Source: a virus
Virus record (IMG/VR): IMGVR_UViG_3300010970_000172
Coordinates: 1 to 63,260 of that record
Strand: one strand, 5' to 3'
Length of the DNA: 63,260 bases
Positions within the stretch are counted from its first letter, which is position 1, and every line of letters begins with the position of its first letter. Shown one piece after another: positions 1 through 8,914 of this stretch. The notes below the pieces were generated by a model. That model saw nothing but the letters and a program-made list of their open reading frames with translations. It was not told the origin of the DNA and made no database searches. A program made the position numbers and the translations under genes.

Positions 1-55
1 AAATTTAGAACGCTGATACTCTTGTAACTTAAAGTCGCTTGAGTCAGAAAGCATT
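1..55. repeat. 55-bp terminal direct repeat, exact copy of 63206..63260 (assembly overlap of a circular or circularly permuted genome)
   Basis: aaatttagaacgctgatactcttgtaacttaaagtcgcttgagtcagaaagcatt is present at both window ends. Confidence 0.95.
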
Positions 56-3000
56 TTGTTGTGAGAGTCGATAATCTTATCCGTAATAGAATACCCCATC
101 TGTACAAGAGGATTCAATGCGGGAACAATATCCTCGAAAGCTTTTTGGCTTCTTGCGGGAGATAAACCCGTAAACTTACCAAACATTTTAAATGCTTCTA
201 ATACATTTTCTGAGTTAAGCCCTTCGTTACCAACAGAAACTGGCTTAGAGTCGCTATTGTTAAAGATTGGCATTTGTTTGTACAGGTCATAGTTAAACCC
301 GTATTCTAAACCAGCCTTAGCAACAGGAATACTAACAAAAGAACTTAATGCGGGAGTAAATCCTTTTAGCCATCTGTCTGTAACGCCAGCTCTCCATTTT
401 GCTTGTCTTGATGGTTCATCAGATACAAGTTTATAATAAGCCCCTTCTCCAATATGTTGGTAAGTATTTAACCAACCTTTAACAATAGAAGGTACAGAAA
501 TCTTAACATATGGTCTTGTCCCATCCTCATTCTTCCAAGGCATAAAGATTACAATCTTATTCAATAAGTCCATTTGAACATCATCGTTATCGTAATCATC
601 TCCAGCTACCATCATATTGTAAACTGTTAAGCCCGCTAACGCAATACCCGCTTTGCTAATCTTATTAAAGAAATCAACCTTATTATTCTTAATGTATTTC
701 CAAGATATAAATGCCCCTTGCGTAAATACGTTAAAGTAAGGTACATAGCCATCCCACATTTTAGACAACAAGCCTCCACGATGATAATCCATTGCAGCCC
801 TTGCCTTATATGCGGCTTCTTCCTTAATTTGCTCTAATGCCTCTCCAACAGGATTTTGCTTTTTGCTTTGGTAGTGTTCCTCAATGAGTCTGTCACGAAC
901 TGTTCTGTATGAGTTGAGCTTAGATGCAACCTCAGATATGTTTCCAAACATTGAAAGATATTCAACAAATTTACCTCCAAAGTTTTTACCGATACCCTCT
1001 TGACTTTGACTCATCATCAAACCGCCAGATTCAGCATATTCTTGTAATAGCTTTTCTACATAAGGATCAGATTTCCCTGTCTCCATCATAAGAAGTCTTT
1101 TAGATAACTCTAAAGTACCACCCATTGCTTGCTTATATTTGCCAGCTACACCACCTGCGTAAATATCAGTAACATTAACTTGAGACATAACGTCAACAGG
1201 AATATTACTAATAAAGAAGCCTGTATTGATACCTGTCGCAAAGAATCTAACTGCTTGAGAACCAGACCACTTAGTAGTAGTATCGTAGATTTTTCTGCGT
1301 AAAGAACCTTGCTCTCCTTTTAAGTCTTTTAATTCCTCATCTAAGAATTCTCTTGCTAAATCCTCTCTTAATTGATAAGCATACTCTTTGCCATCAACTT
1401 TGTAGACCATTTTACGGAATCCTGTATCTTCTTTCAAATACTTGTATGAGCCATCTGGATTTGTCTTAATTGTACCATCGTTGTAGCGTTCGTATTTCAT
1501 TGGCTTAACCCAACCTTGATTAGTATACTGAGAGTCGTTAGCAAGCCCTTTAACCATTTTATTGGTAGCCACCTTAACCTCAGTCATAATCATTGCTCCT
1601 TGAAGCAATTTACGAGAGTCAGACATTAAATAATCGTCAGCCTTTCCATCTTTGATATTTTTGATATCTTCTGATGACAAAATAGAGCCTCTGAAATGAA
1701 ATTGATTTGAGTTTAAAAGCACATTGCCTGTAACATTACCTTGCTCATCTCTTTCTTCGATTCCAAATGCGTAGTCTAAGAACTTACGAGGAGAGTAGTT
1801 GTAATCTTTAAATAGCTCATATGTCTCTTTAGTGATTAATCCATTCTCCATTTTATACTTAAGTAAGTTACTAAACTCACTAAAATACATATCAGAGCGA
1901 GAGATTAAGTCATTGTACTCTTCTTGACCTAAATCATCTTTCATCTTTTCTAATGTAGCCTCAGCAGACTCCTTGTTAGCCTTAACTTTTCTGTCGCCCC
2001 AAACAATTGCATCTTCTCTTCCGTGTGATGGTCGAGCCTTTTCTTTAATCTTGCTTTTTAAGATGCGAATCTCATCAGCATAATCTTGAGCAATCGATGG
2101 GTCGTTCGCAATTATCTGCTTGATAGCTTCTAATTTAGCTTCAAACTCAGCTCTTTGTTTGTCAAAGTTCTCGTCAACTGCAATAACTCTTCGTAAGAAT
2201 ATAGCAGCATCCAACGCTTTAATTTGCTCTGGAGTCAAGCCTTTGTAAATCTTATTAAATGCTTTTTCAAATTTAAAGTTACCAAATTGAGATGCCCCCG
2301 CTTTGTTAAACATAAGGTACATAGAGCGATTGAATTGCGAATCCTCCATTTCCTTGCGGACATTTACCATTCTATCGAACGACATCTTATATAATCCACG
2401 ATAAAGTTCGTGCATACCTTTGTTTAACTCATCGGTACTGCCTTTCATTAAACCTTTGAAAGCCTTCTTAACTGAAGCACCTTCTCTTCTTTCTTGAGAT
2501 TCTTCTTGAGCAGAAAGTACGTTGTAAGATTTCTTCTGTTGCTTAATGGTTGACTTGTTAATAACTGTGATAGCGTCAGAATCAAACACAATGTAGTTCT
2601 TATGACCATCGTTATTACCTCCGAATGTTGCAAAGGTACTAATTCTGTTTCCATCAATACCAGCAGAACTTAGCAACATAGAAGCCATTTGTTGTGGGTC
2701 AAATTTATTCATTCTGTAGCTACCAGAATTTCTAAAAGATTCTGTTACCCAAATGTAAAAATCACCTCCATTCATTTGAGATAACTCTCTTGTATTAAAA
2801 CCCATTACTATAGCTTCGGCAATATTATATGAGTCTGTAAGTGTTAAGAATTTCTTTGTATCTACTTTCTTGGACTTACCTTCATTTTGCATTTTTTGCC
2901 CTAAAACAGACATTGTATTCTTAATCCCCATAAGAATTTGATTAGCATTAGCAAACCCAATTTGACCATTCCAGTCAAGCCAGAATCCATCTTGTAATCC

Positions 3001-6000
3001 ATTAACTCTGTCGTTGACAGCTACTTTATATAAGTTTCTTTCACCAAAAGCTTGGTAAAGTTTATTTCTGTTTGCTTTTGAAATTTTTGTTCCCAAAAAC
3101 CCTTTATTGTCTTCAAGGAACTGCTTCCATTGAGCAAGAGTTGTATTTGTGCTTTGCAACAATTTGTATGCTTGCTCTCTTAACCCATCTGAATTATTCC
3201 CAAATACAGATGCTGTACTTGGCTTTCCTAATACATCAAGGAGTCCTAATTGGCGAAATTTATTACCTTGATTAGCTTTAGAGTAAGACTTAGCTACATT
3301 TATGTCTGTACTAAAATACATCCCCCATCCAAACGCTTGTCTACCCTCCCCAATTCCAATAGATTTTGATTCAAATCTGTTAAAATTCCAAGGAGAGCCG
3401 TGATAAAGGATTTTCTGTGGCTTGATTTGGAATTGCAATTTATCTGCATCAACAGCCTTTTCTTCAATTTCAGCCGATAGCTTATCTTGGTCTTCTGTTA
3501 ATTCATTTTTTGCGTTGTTGTATTTCTCAAACTCTGATGGTTTAACCATTTGAAGCTTTGATTCGTTAACCAAGTTCGATGTTTTCTCAAACAAGTTGTC
3601 TACATCTTCTTGTGTAGCAGCTTCCATCACCTCACCATTAACAAGTGGGCGATAACCTTCATTTAAAAGCTTCTCGGCTTGAAATTCATTAGCTAACTTA
3701 ATGCCAATGTAATCATTGTTAGATAATGATTCAGATGGGTTAATAAGGAACATATTCTGAGTTTCCTTACTCTTGCTGGAAATTGCTGTATCCGCAAACT
3801 CTCCGCCCTCATAACCCTCATCTTCAAGTCTGCTAAATAACTCACTTGTTAATTCCTCTCCAATGTAGCTATCTTCGAATCTTGGGTCGATTAATTCGTG
3901 AATCATATATTCATCTTCAACTCCTAATTCATTTAGAATACCCCGAATTGTATCTTCTGAAGCAATCTTGCTCTTATCAATATTCATTTCAATAAGATTA
4001 CCCTCGTTACCTTCAGCGTAAGCTAATGCCTCTTCTTTGTCGTTAGCAACAAAGAATATCTGATCCCCACTTAATGTAGTGATGTCTTGCACTTCTCCAC
4101 CGTGGAAAACGGGAGTCATTTGTTTTTGAGCTGTTTTCTGAGCTTTAATATTAGGAATATCCTCAAAAGATATATATTCGCTATTAACCTTTCCGTCTGT
4201 CTTTTCGGCTTCAAATTTTTTCATTGCCAAATTTGCTCTTGCCCATTTGCCAATATCTCCAGATTTACTAAATTCTTCTAAATCAATAACGCCTGCGTAA
4301 TTTTTTACGTCACTTAGGCTCATTACTCCCCTCTTGTACTGTCTGTACATTATTGCTTTTTCATTTGGAGTTAAATCTGCATTATATATAATAGACAAAA
4401 CATTGCCCTCTTCCTCTGATACACCTAATATATCCTGTACTGTTTCTCCTTGAGATGCAATCGTTAAATTCTTCTGAGCCTTAATAGTCTCTCTGCTTGC
4501 AACAAGCTCTTTGCCCATTGTCTCTACAGCCTTGTATGGGGAATTTAAGCGTTTTTTAGCAATCCATTCTTTAATTACAGGGAAATAGTCAGTAACATTT
4601 TGGAACTCATTAAACACGCCAACAGGTTCTCCTTTTACAACATAAGGATAACTTGGATGATCAGGTGCATCAATGAAGAATATTCCCTTCTTTTCATTTA
4701 CTAAAGACTTTCTTGTAGTGTATATTTTAGCTAATCCATCCTCTGTATATTCTGGTGCCGCAATCTTAATTGCCGCAACAATATCGTGGTCATTTGCAGT
4801 ATCTGTCTCTTGCTCTGCTAACCCATTAACAATCTCTTCAAGTGATGTAACCTCGTTAGCTTCTAAAAACTTGTACCATTCTCCAGATGATTTTTTATTC
4901 CAACTATCCTTAAGAACTGTGCTCCAAAACCCACCTCTTTTGCTGAATGATTCTCCAACTAATCCCTTTCTTAATTCTTCAATAGAGCGAACCTCTAAGC
5001 GAGGTGCTTTGATACGAACATTTTTCCCATCCTTGTCTAATACAGGAACAGTTTTATTTTTAAGTTTACCATCCTTATCAGTAACCTTGATTACTTCAGT
5101 CTTGTTAACTGTAATTGTCTTCCCTGAATCTTTCCCATACTTTCCTAAAAAGTGTTTACCTGCTCCTAATTGCTTTCCATTAGAAATAGTATTCAACTTG
5201 TTGTTAAGTTGCGTTAAGAATTCCTCTTCTGTAATCTTCCCATTCATTACGGGAGCAATCAATTCAGCAAGAGCAATCTCATTAAAGTTTACATTACCAC
5301 GACTACCCGTAGCACGAGCCATACGATAAACCAATGTAGCATCTTGGTTAATTGCATTCATAACCATTTCTCTTGCTGCCTTTGGGGTAACAGAAGCCCA
5401 AGCAATACCAGCATCACGAATACCTTGAATGTAAGGATAAAATACCCCACCCATAAGGTTACTAACAACAACACCTGATTTACTATTTCTGTACTCACCA
5501 ACTCTTGTGTGATCGGACATTGTAGCACTATATCGTTTACCAATCATATCAGCTACTTCAATGAACGGATGTGGCATCAATTCGTAGCTACCACGCTGTT
5601 GCTTAATATCAGGCTTATCCGCCTTTTTAGGCTTTCTCTTTGACTTAGGTGGTTCTTCTGTTAATGTACCTGTGATATTCAAGTTTGTTGGCTCGAATAA
5701 ATCGCCCGCAAAATCCTCATTTAACGCATCAACATCTTCTTGCTCTTGAGCCTCTGTTGTAGTAGAAGGGCTATAAGCAAGCATTCTGTTTTGCTCAATC
5801 TGATTCTCAAGGTAAGATAAGTCAGCTTTGTTACCCAATCTAATTGATTCTGATAACGACTCAAAGAACTTAGCCAACTCTTCGATGCTTGCGGTCTCAG
5901 AGAATACGCTATTATTAATTAAATTTTGTAATCCTTTTAATTTTAGCTTACCCGCCCATTTAGATAAGAACTCACGAATAGAAAGCATTACCTTGTGCAT

Positions 6001-8874
6001 CGTTCCTCTTTGAATCTTTGCATCACGAACTACCATCATACCGCCAAGCTCCATTAAGAACTCTTCTGCCATATCAATCTTCTCTTGGTCAGTAGCATTC
6101 TTAGCGTCCTTAGCGTACATATCAGCAAACTTCTGTAGCTTATCTGTTACGTTAGTAGGAAGAACCATTATAATGCGTTTCTGCATCTGAATGAATGCCT
6201 CTGGAAACTCTACTGCAATCTGAGCGAACGCTTCGTGGAAGATTTCGTGAGACACAGTATTGTCCTGCATAGTCATTCGGTTAACATATATGTCATCCCC
6301 AACTTTTAATGCATTAGAATCCTTGGCTTTATTAACCGATTCTTTCATCGAATAACCTTTCTCCATTAAAGCTTTAGCTACCTCTGTCCTATTATCAAAA
6401 AGAATAATACGACCATTTGGATTCATTTGCTTTAAAGCTTTGTTCTGATTATTAAGACGTGCTCTTTGCTCCTTTGTTAACTTGTTAAGTATTGGATTAG
6501 CTTCAGCTACCTCTACGTTCTCATCGACAACATAGGCTCTATCTGGAGCAAACTTAACATTCTTCTTGGCTTGGTTAGCCATTAACATTGGAATCAATAC
6601 AGGTGAATTAGTAGTAAATTCTTTGCCCGTTCTTGTATCACGAACTCTGATTTGTTCTACCTCGTCATCCTCGTTCATTTTTGTATCAACTACCTCTAAG
6701 TCACCTTTAATTTTAATGGCGTTATTTACTTGAGTAGATTCTTTTGTCTCAACATTAACTCTAAATTTAGGCTTAGGTTGTAATGAAATTTGACCCTTCT
6801 CATTTACTTGTGCAGTAACTTGGAATGGGTTTCCTTTCTCATCGTATGCTGTGAAGATTTCGCCTTTAAAGCGATTATTTCTAACACGTTGAGCTCTTTG
6901 TAAAGCACGAGCTCCAGTCGTTGCGATACGACCCTCTGCTTGAGATTCTGTTAAACGAGTTCCGTTCTCTGTAGCATTAATATATGTTTCAAGATTACGA
7001 ATCTGACCATTAACCTTACCTAAGGCTTGGTCTTTTTCCAAAGGAGTAAGCTCTGAGTTATTGTAAATAACTTGCTCAATCTCATTTAGCTGGTCAGCCG
7101 CTTTATTTAATTCAGAAACCTCTACATCCTTACCTTGCTCCATCGCCTTCATTGTGTCAGCGTGGTCTTGTTGGAATACTGTATATGCGTTATTGTTAGC
7201 TAAGAACTCCTCAGCTTTAACTTTAGCTTCTTCTTGTCTTAATTTTAATGTGTCGCTATGTCTATCTCTTTCCTTGTTCCATTGCTCCTCCATTAATCCA
7301 TTAACAAAAGTTACCTTCTCTTGAATCTTTTCATCAATGCCAGCTTGAACAGCTTCGTCTTTAGCGTTTCTCTTATCTCGCTGCAATGCTTCCATTTTAT
7401 GAAGAGCATCGATAGCTTCAGAACGCTTCCCTACATCTTCGATTGAAGCGATAGCTGTATAATCATCGTAAGCACCACGTTCTTGGAACTTCATTATATC
7501 GTCAATCTTTTGATTTGCGATTTGACGAGTTTCATCAGATAATGTAGTATCGTTGGCTACTTCTTTTAAACGCTCAATAGATTTCTTTTGTGTCTCATCA
7601 AGTTTATTAGATGTAGCTAATACAAGTGTACCAGACATTGAACCACCAGATAATGAGCCAATTATGAATGCATCAGCAGCGTTTTTCGCAAGAGTGCCAA
7701 GTTCATCCCAAGTTACTTTTTGATTATCAGATTGAGCTTTATCTACAATGAAATTTCCTACTGTAGATAAAATCTCTTCTAATCCTTCTTCTCCAGCACC
7801 TCGGAATATTCTTTTAGCGGCAGGTAGCATACCTCTTACAAGTTGTCTTTTTACTTGTTCTGCACCTTCTTCTGCTACAGCAGTAACAATAGGAGACCCT
7901 CCAATTAATGCTTGCCCCGTTCTTCTTAGTTCCTTTAAGTTAGTTTGGAATAATGATTCAGTAGTTCCTTCAATTAAACCACTCCAAATTGATTTAACAA
8001 TTTCGCTACCTGAAAGACTTTGGTCTTCAGCGTAAGCTTTGTTAATCTCTGCCCCCGTACCCAAAACTGCTGAACCAGTAAATATCTCTGCAGTTCCTCC
8101 CGATGAGGCTAACGCAAGTGACATAGGAATTGTTCTTGCCGCACTTAATGTAGCAATTTTTGCCGCATCAGCATAATTTCCTTCAGAAATAAAATCAATT
8201 ACACTTTTATTCTTGTCGATATCTGACTTTTTAATACCAGAATCTTCTAATACTTGCTTAAATGATAAGTCTCCAATCTCTTGTAAATATCCTGCAGCCT
8301 CATAAATTTGCCCTACAACACTTGGTAGTGGAGCGTTTTCTGATGTCTTAGATGTTTGGAATCCAAAGTCTTCTTTTTTATCTATACTTGAATCGTACCG
8401 CTGTTTAAGATAATCCTGCTTTTCCTTCCAAGACATCTTCGATTGCTTATTTAGTTCATCAGAATCTAATGCAAGCATATCTGAAACCTTGCGACCTACT
8501 GACTGCAAATCTGAACCTACTAAAGCTCCCGCAATCTTAGCGTCAGCAAACCAGTTTCTTGGATTAGCAATATCTAATGCAAGAGCAGCAGAACCTAATC
8601 CACCACTAATTACATCGTATACACCAGAAAAGGTAGCATCACTACCGTGATTTAATCCTCTGAAAAATTTGGTAAACAAATTACCCGTATCCGCCCCTTC
8701 ATTCTTAGAAGACCCAGCCATAGAACTTATTCCCCCAGACGATTCCGTATCGTTTTTTTTTTGAAGCGTATCGTATTTTGTTAAATCGGCACGTTCGTAT
8801 CCTGAAGATGATGGTTGCTCGGAACTAACATTGTACTTAGATAAATCTGCTTTTTCAAATTGTTGCTTAGACAT
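1..8874 (-). CDS. Giant virion-associated polyvalent-type protein, first 2,958 codons. The ORF continues across the junction into 62681..63205, for 3,132 aa in total.
   Basis: My manual reverse-strand translation from the ATG at 8874..8872 (MSKQQFEKADLSKYN...) met no stop down to base 1. Its last 18 codons, MLSDSSDFKLQEYQRSKF, equal the start of track ORF 62681..63259. It contains HEIFH (6235..6249) and H-G-G/S blocks. Only short antisense or out-of-frame ORFs are listed in the track here. Confidence 0.85.
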   Translation of the reverse strand, partial: MSKQQFEKADLSKYNVSSEQPSSSGYERADLTKYDTLQKKNDTESSGGISSMAGSSKNEGADTGNLFTKFFRGLNHGSDATFSGVYDVISGGLGSAALALDIANPRNWFADAKIAGALVGSDLQSVGRKVSDMLALDSDELNKQSKMSWKEKQDYLKQRYDSSIDKKEDFGFQTSKTSENAPLPSVVGQIYEAAGYLQEIGDLSFKQVLEDSGIKKSDIDKNKSVIDFISEGNYADAAKIATLSAARTIPMSLALASSGGTAEIFTGSAVLGTGAEINKAYAEDQSLSGSEIVKSIWSGLIEGTTESLFQTNLKELRRTGQALIGGSPIVTAVAEEGAEQVKRQLVRGMLPAAKRIFRGAGEEGLEEILSTVGNFIVDKAQSDNQKVTWDELGTLAKNAADAFIIGSLSGGSMSGTLVLATSNKLDETQKKSIERLKEVANDTTLSDETRQIANQKIDDIMKFQERGAYDDYTAIASIEDVGKRSEAIDALHKMEALQRDKRNAKDEAVQAGIDEKIQEKVTFVNGLMEEQWNKERDRHSDTLKLRQEEAKVKAEEFLANNNAYTVFQQDHADTMKAMEQGKDVEVSELNKAADQLNEIEQVIYNNSELTPLEKDQALGKVNGQIRNLETYINATENGTRLTESQAEGRIATTGARALQRAQRVRNNRFKGEIFTAYDEKGNPFQVTAQVNEKGQISLQPKPKFRVNVETKESTQVNNAIKIKGDLEVVDTKMNEDDEVEQIRVRDTRTGKEFTTNSPVLIPMLMANQAKKNVKFAPDRAYVVDENVEVAEANPILNKLTKEQRARLNNQNKALKQMNPNGRIILFDNRTEVAKALMEKGYSMKESVNKAKDSNALKVGDDIYVNRMTMQDNTVSHEIFHEAFAQIAVEFPEAFIQMQKRIIMVLPTNVTDKLQKFADMYAKDAKNATDQEKIDMAEEFLMELGGMMVVRDAKIQRGTMHKVMLSIREFLSKWAGKLKLKGLQNLINNSVFSETASIEELAKFFESLSESIRLGNKADLSYLENQIEQNRMLAYSPSTTTEAQEQEDVDALNEDFAGDLFEPTNLNITGTLTEEPPKSKRKPKKADKPDIKQQRGSYELMPHPFIEVADMIGKRYSATMSDHTRVGEYRNSKSGVVVSNLMGGVFYPYIQGIRDAGIAWASVTPKAAREMVMNAINQDATLVYRMARATGSRGNVNFNEIALAELIAPVMNGKITEEEFLTQLNNKLNTISNGKQLGAGKHFLGKYGKDSGKTITVNKTEVIKVTDKDGKLKNKTVPVLDKDGKNVRIKAPRLEVRSIEELRKGLVGESFSKRGGFWSTVLKDSWNKKSSGEWYKFLEANEVTSLEEIVNGLAEQETDTANDHDIVAAIKIAAPEYTEDGLAKIYTTRKSLVNEKKGIFFIDAPDHPSYPYVVKGEPVGVFNEFQNVTDYFPVIKEWIAKKRLNSPYKAVETMGKELVASRETIKAQKNLTIASQGETVQDILGVSEEEGNVLSIIYNADLTPNEKAIMYRQYKRGVMSLSDVKNYAGVIDLEEFSKSGDIGKWARANLAMKKFEAEKTDGKVNSEYISFEDIPNIKAQKTAQKQMTPVFHGGEVQDITTLSGDQIFFVANDKEEALAYAEGNEGNLIEMNIDKSKIASEDTIRGILNELGVEDEYMIHELIDPRFEDSYIGEELTSELFSRLEDEGYEGGEFADTAISSKSKETQNMFLINPSESLSNNDYIGIKLANEFQAEKLLNEGYRPLVNGEVMEAATQEDVDNLFEKTSNLVNESKLQMVKPSEFEKYNNAKNELTEDQDKLSAEIEEKAVDADKLQFQIKPQKILYHGSPWNFNRFESKSIGIGEGRQAFGWGMYFSTDINVAKSYSKANQGNKFRQLGLLDVLGKPSTASVFGNNSDGLREQAYKLLQSTNTTLAQWKQFLEDNKGFLGTKISKANRNKLYQAFGERNLYKVAVNDRVNGLQDGFWLDWNGQIGFANANQILMGIKNTMSVLGQKMQNEGKSKKVDTKKFLTLTDSYNIAEAIVMGFNTRELSQMNGGDFYIWVTESFRNSGSYRMNKFDPQQMASMLLSSAGIDGNRISTFATFGGNNDGHKNYIVFDSDAITVINKSTIKQQKKSYNVLSAQEESQERREGASVKKAFKGLMKGSTDELNKGMHELYRGLYKMSFDRMVNVRKEMEDSQFNRSMYLMFNKAGASQFGNFKFEKAFNKIYKGLTPEQIKALDAAIFLRRVIAVDENFDKQRAEFEAKLEAIKQIIANDPSIAQDYADEIRILKSKIKEKARPSHGREDAIVWGDRKVKANKESAEATLEKMKDDLGQEEYNDLISRSDMYFSEFSNLLKYKMENGLITKETYELFKDYNYSPRKFLDYAFGIEERDEQGNVTGNVLLNSNQFHFRGSILSSEDIKNIKDGKADDYLMSDSRKLLQGAMIMTEVKVATNKMVKGLANDSQYTNQGWVKPMKYERYNDGTIKTNPDGSYKYLKEDTGFRKMVYKVDGKEYAYQLREDLAREFLDEELKDLKGEQGSLRRKIYDTTTKWSGSQAVRFFATGINTGFFISNIPVDVMSQVNVTDIYAGGVAGKYKQAMGGTLELSKRLLMMETGKSDPYVEKLLQEYAESGGLMMSQSQEGIGKNFGGKFVEYLSMFGNISEVASKLNSYRTVRDRLIEEHYQSKKQNPVGEALEQIKEEAAYKARAAMDYHRGGLLSKMWDGYVPYFNVFTQGAFISWKYIKNNKVDFFNKISKAGIALAGLTVYNMMVAGDDYDNDDVQMDLLNKIVIFMPWKNEDGTRPYVKISVPSIVKGWLNTYQHIGEGAYYKLVSDEPSRQAKWRAGVTDRWLKGFTPALSSFVSIPVAKAGLEYGFNYDLYKQMPIFNNSDSKPVSVGNEGLNSENVLEAFKMFGKFTGLSPARSQKAFEDIVPALNPLVQMGYSITDKIIDSHNKMLSDSSDFKLQEYQRSKF

Positions 8875-8914
8875 CTATTAAGATTATTTAGAATTGATAC
8901 TTTTAATAATACTA

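Noticed and set aside
4673-5329. 218-aa plus-strand track ORF, and the other track ORFs within 1..8874 (2448..2657, 3072..3275, 4087..4281, 5358..5543, 5828..6013, 7748..8035)
   Set aside because: All are antisense to, or out of frame with, the continuous 2,958-codon minus-strand frame. Their products are low-complexity Ser/Leu/Phe-rich shadow translations.
1-8874. Stop-codon reassignment as the reason no large ORF is listed for the first 8.9 kb
   Set aside because: The minus-strand frame is open in the standard code. The ORF is missing only because it runs off the window edge. All other genes are intact in the standard code.
1-8874. Giant protein as a virion-packaged RNA polymerase (N4 or crAss-like)
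   Set aside because: I saw no DxDGD-type double-psi beta-barrel motif or T7-like polymerase motif in the manual translation. The recognisable motifs are peptidase- and ART-like instead. This remains to be excluded by profile search.
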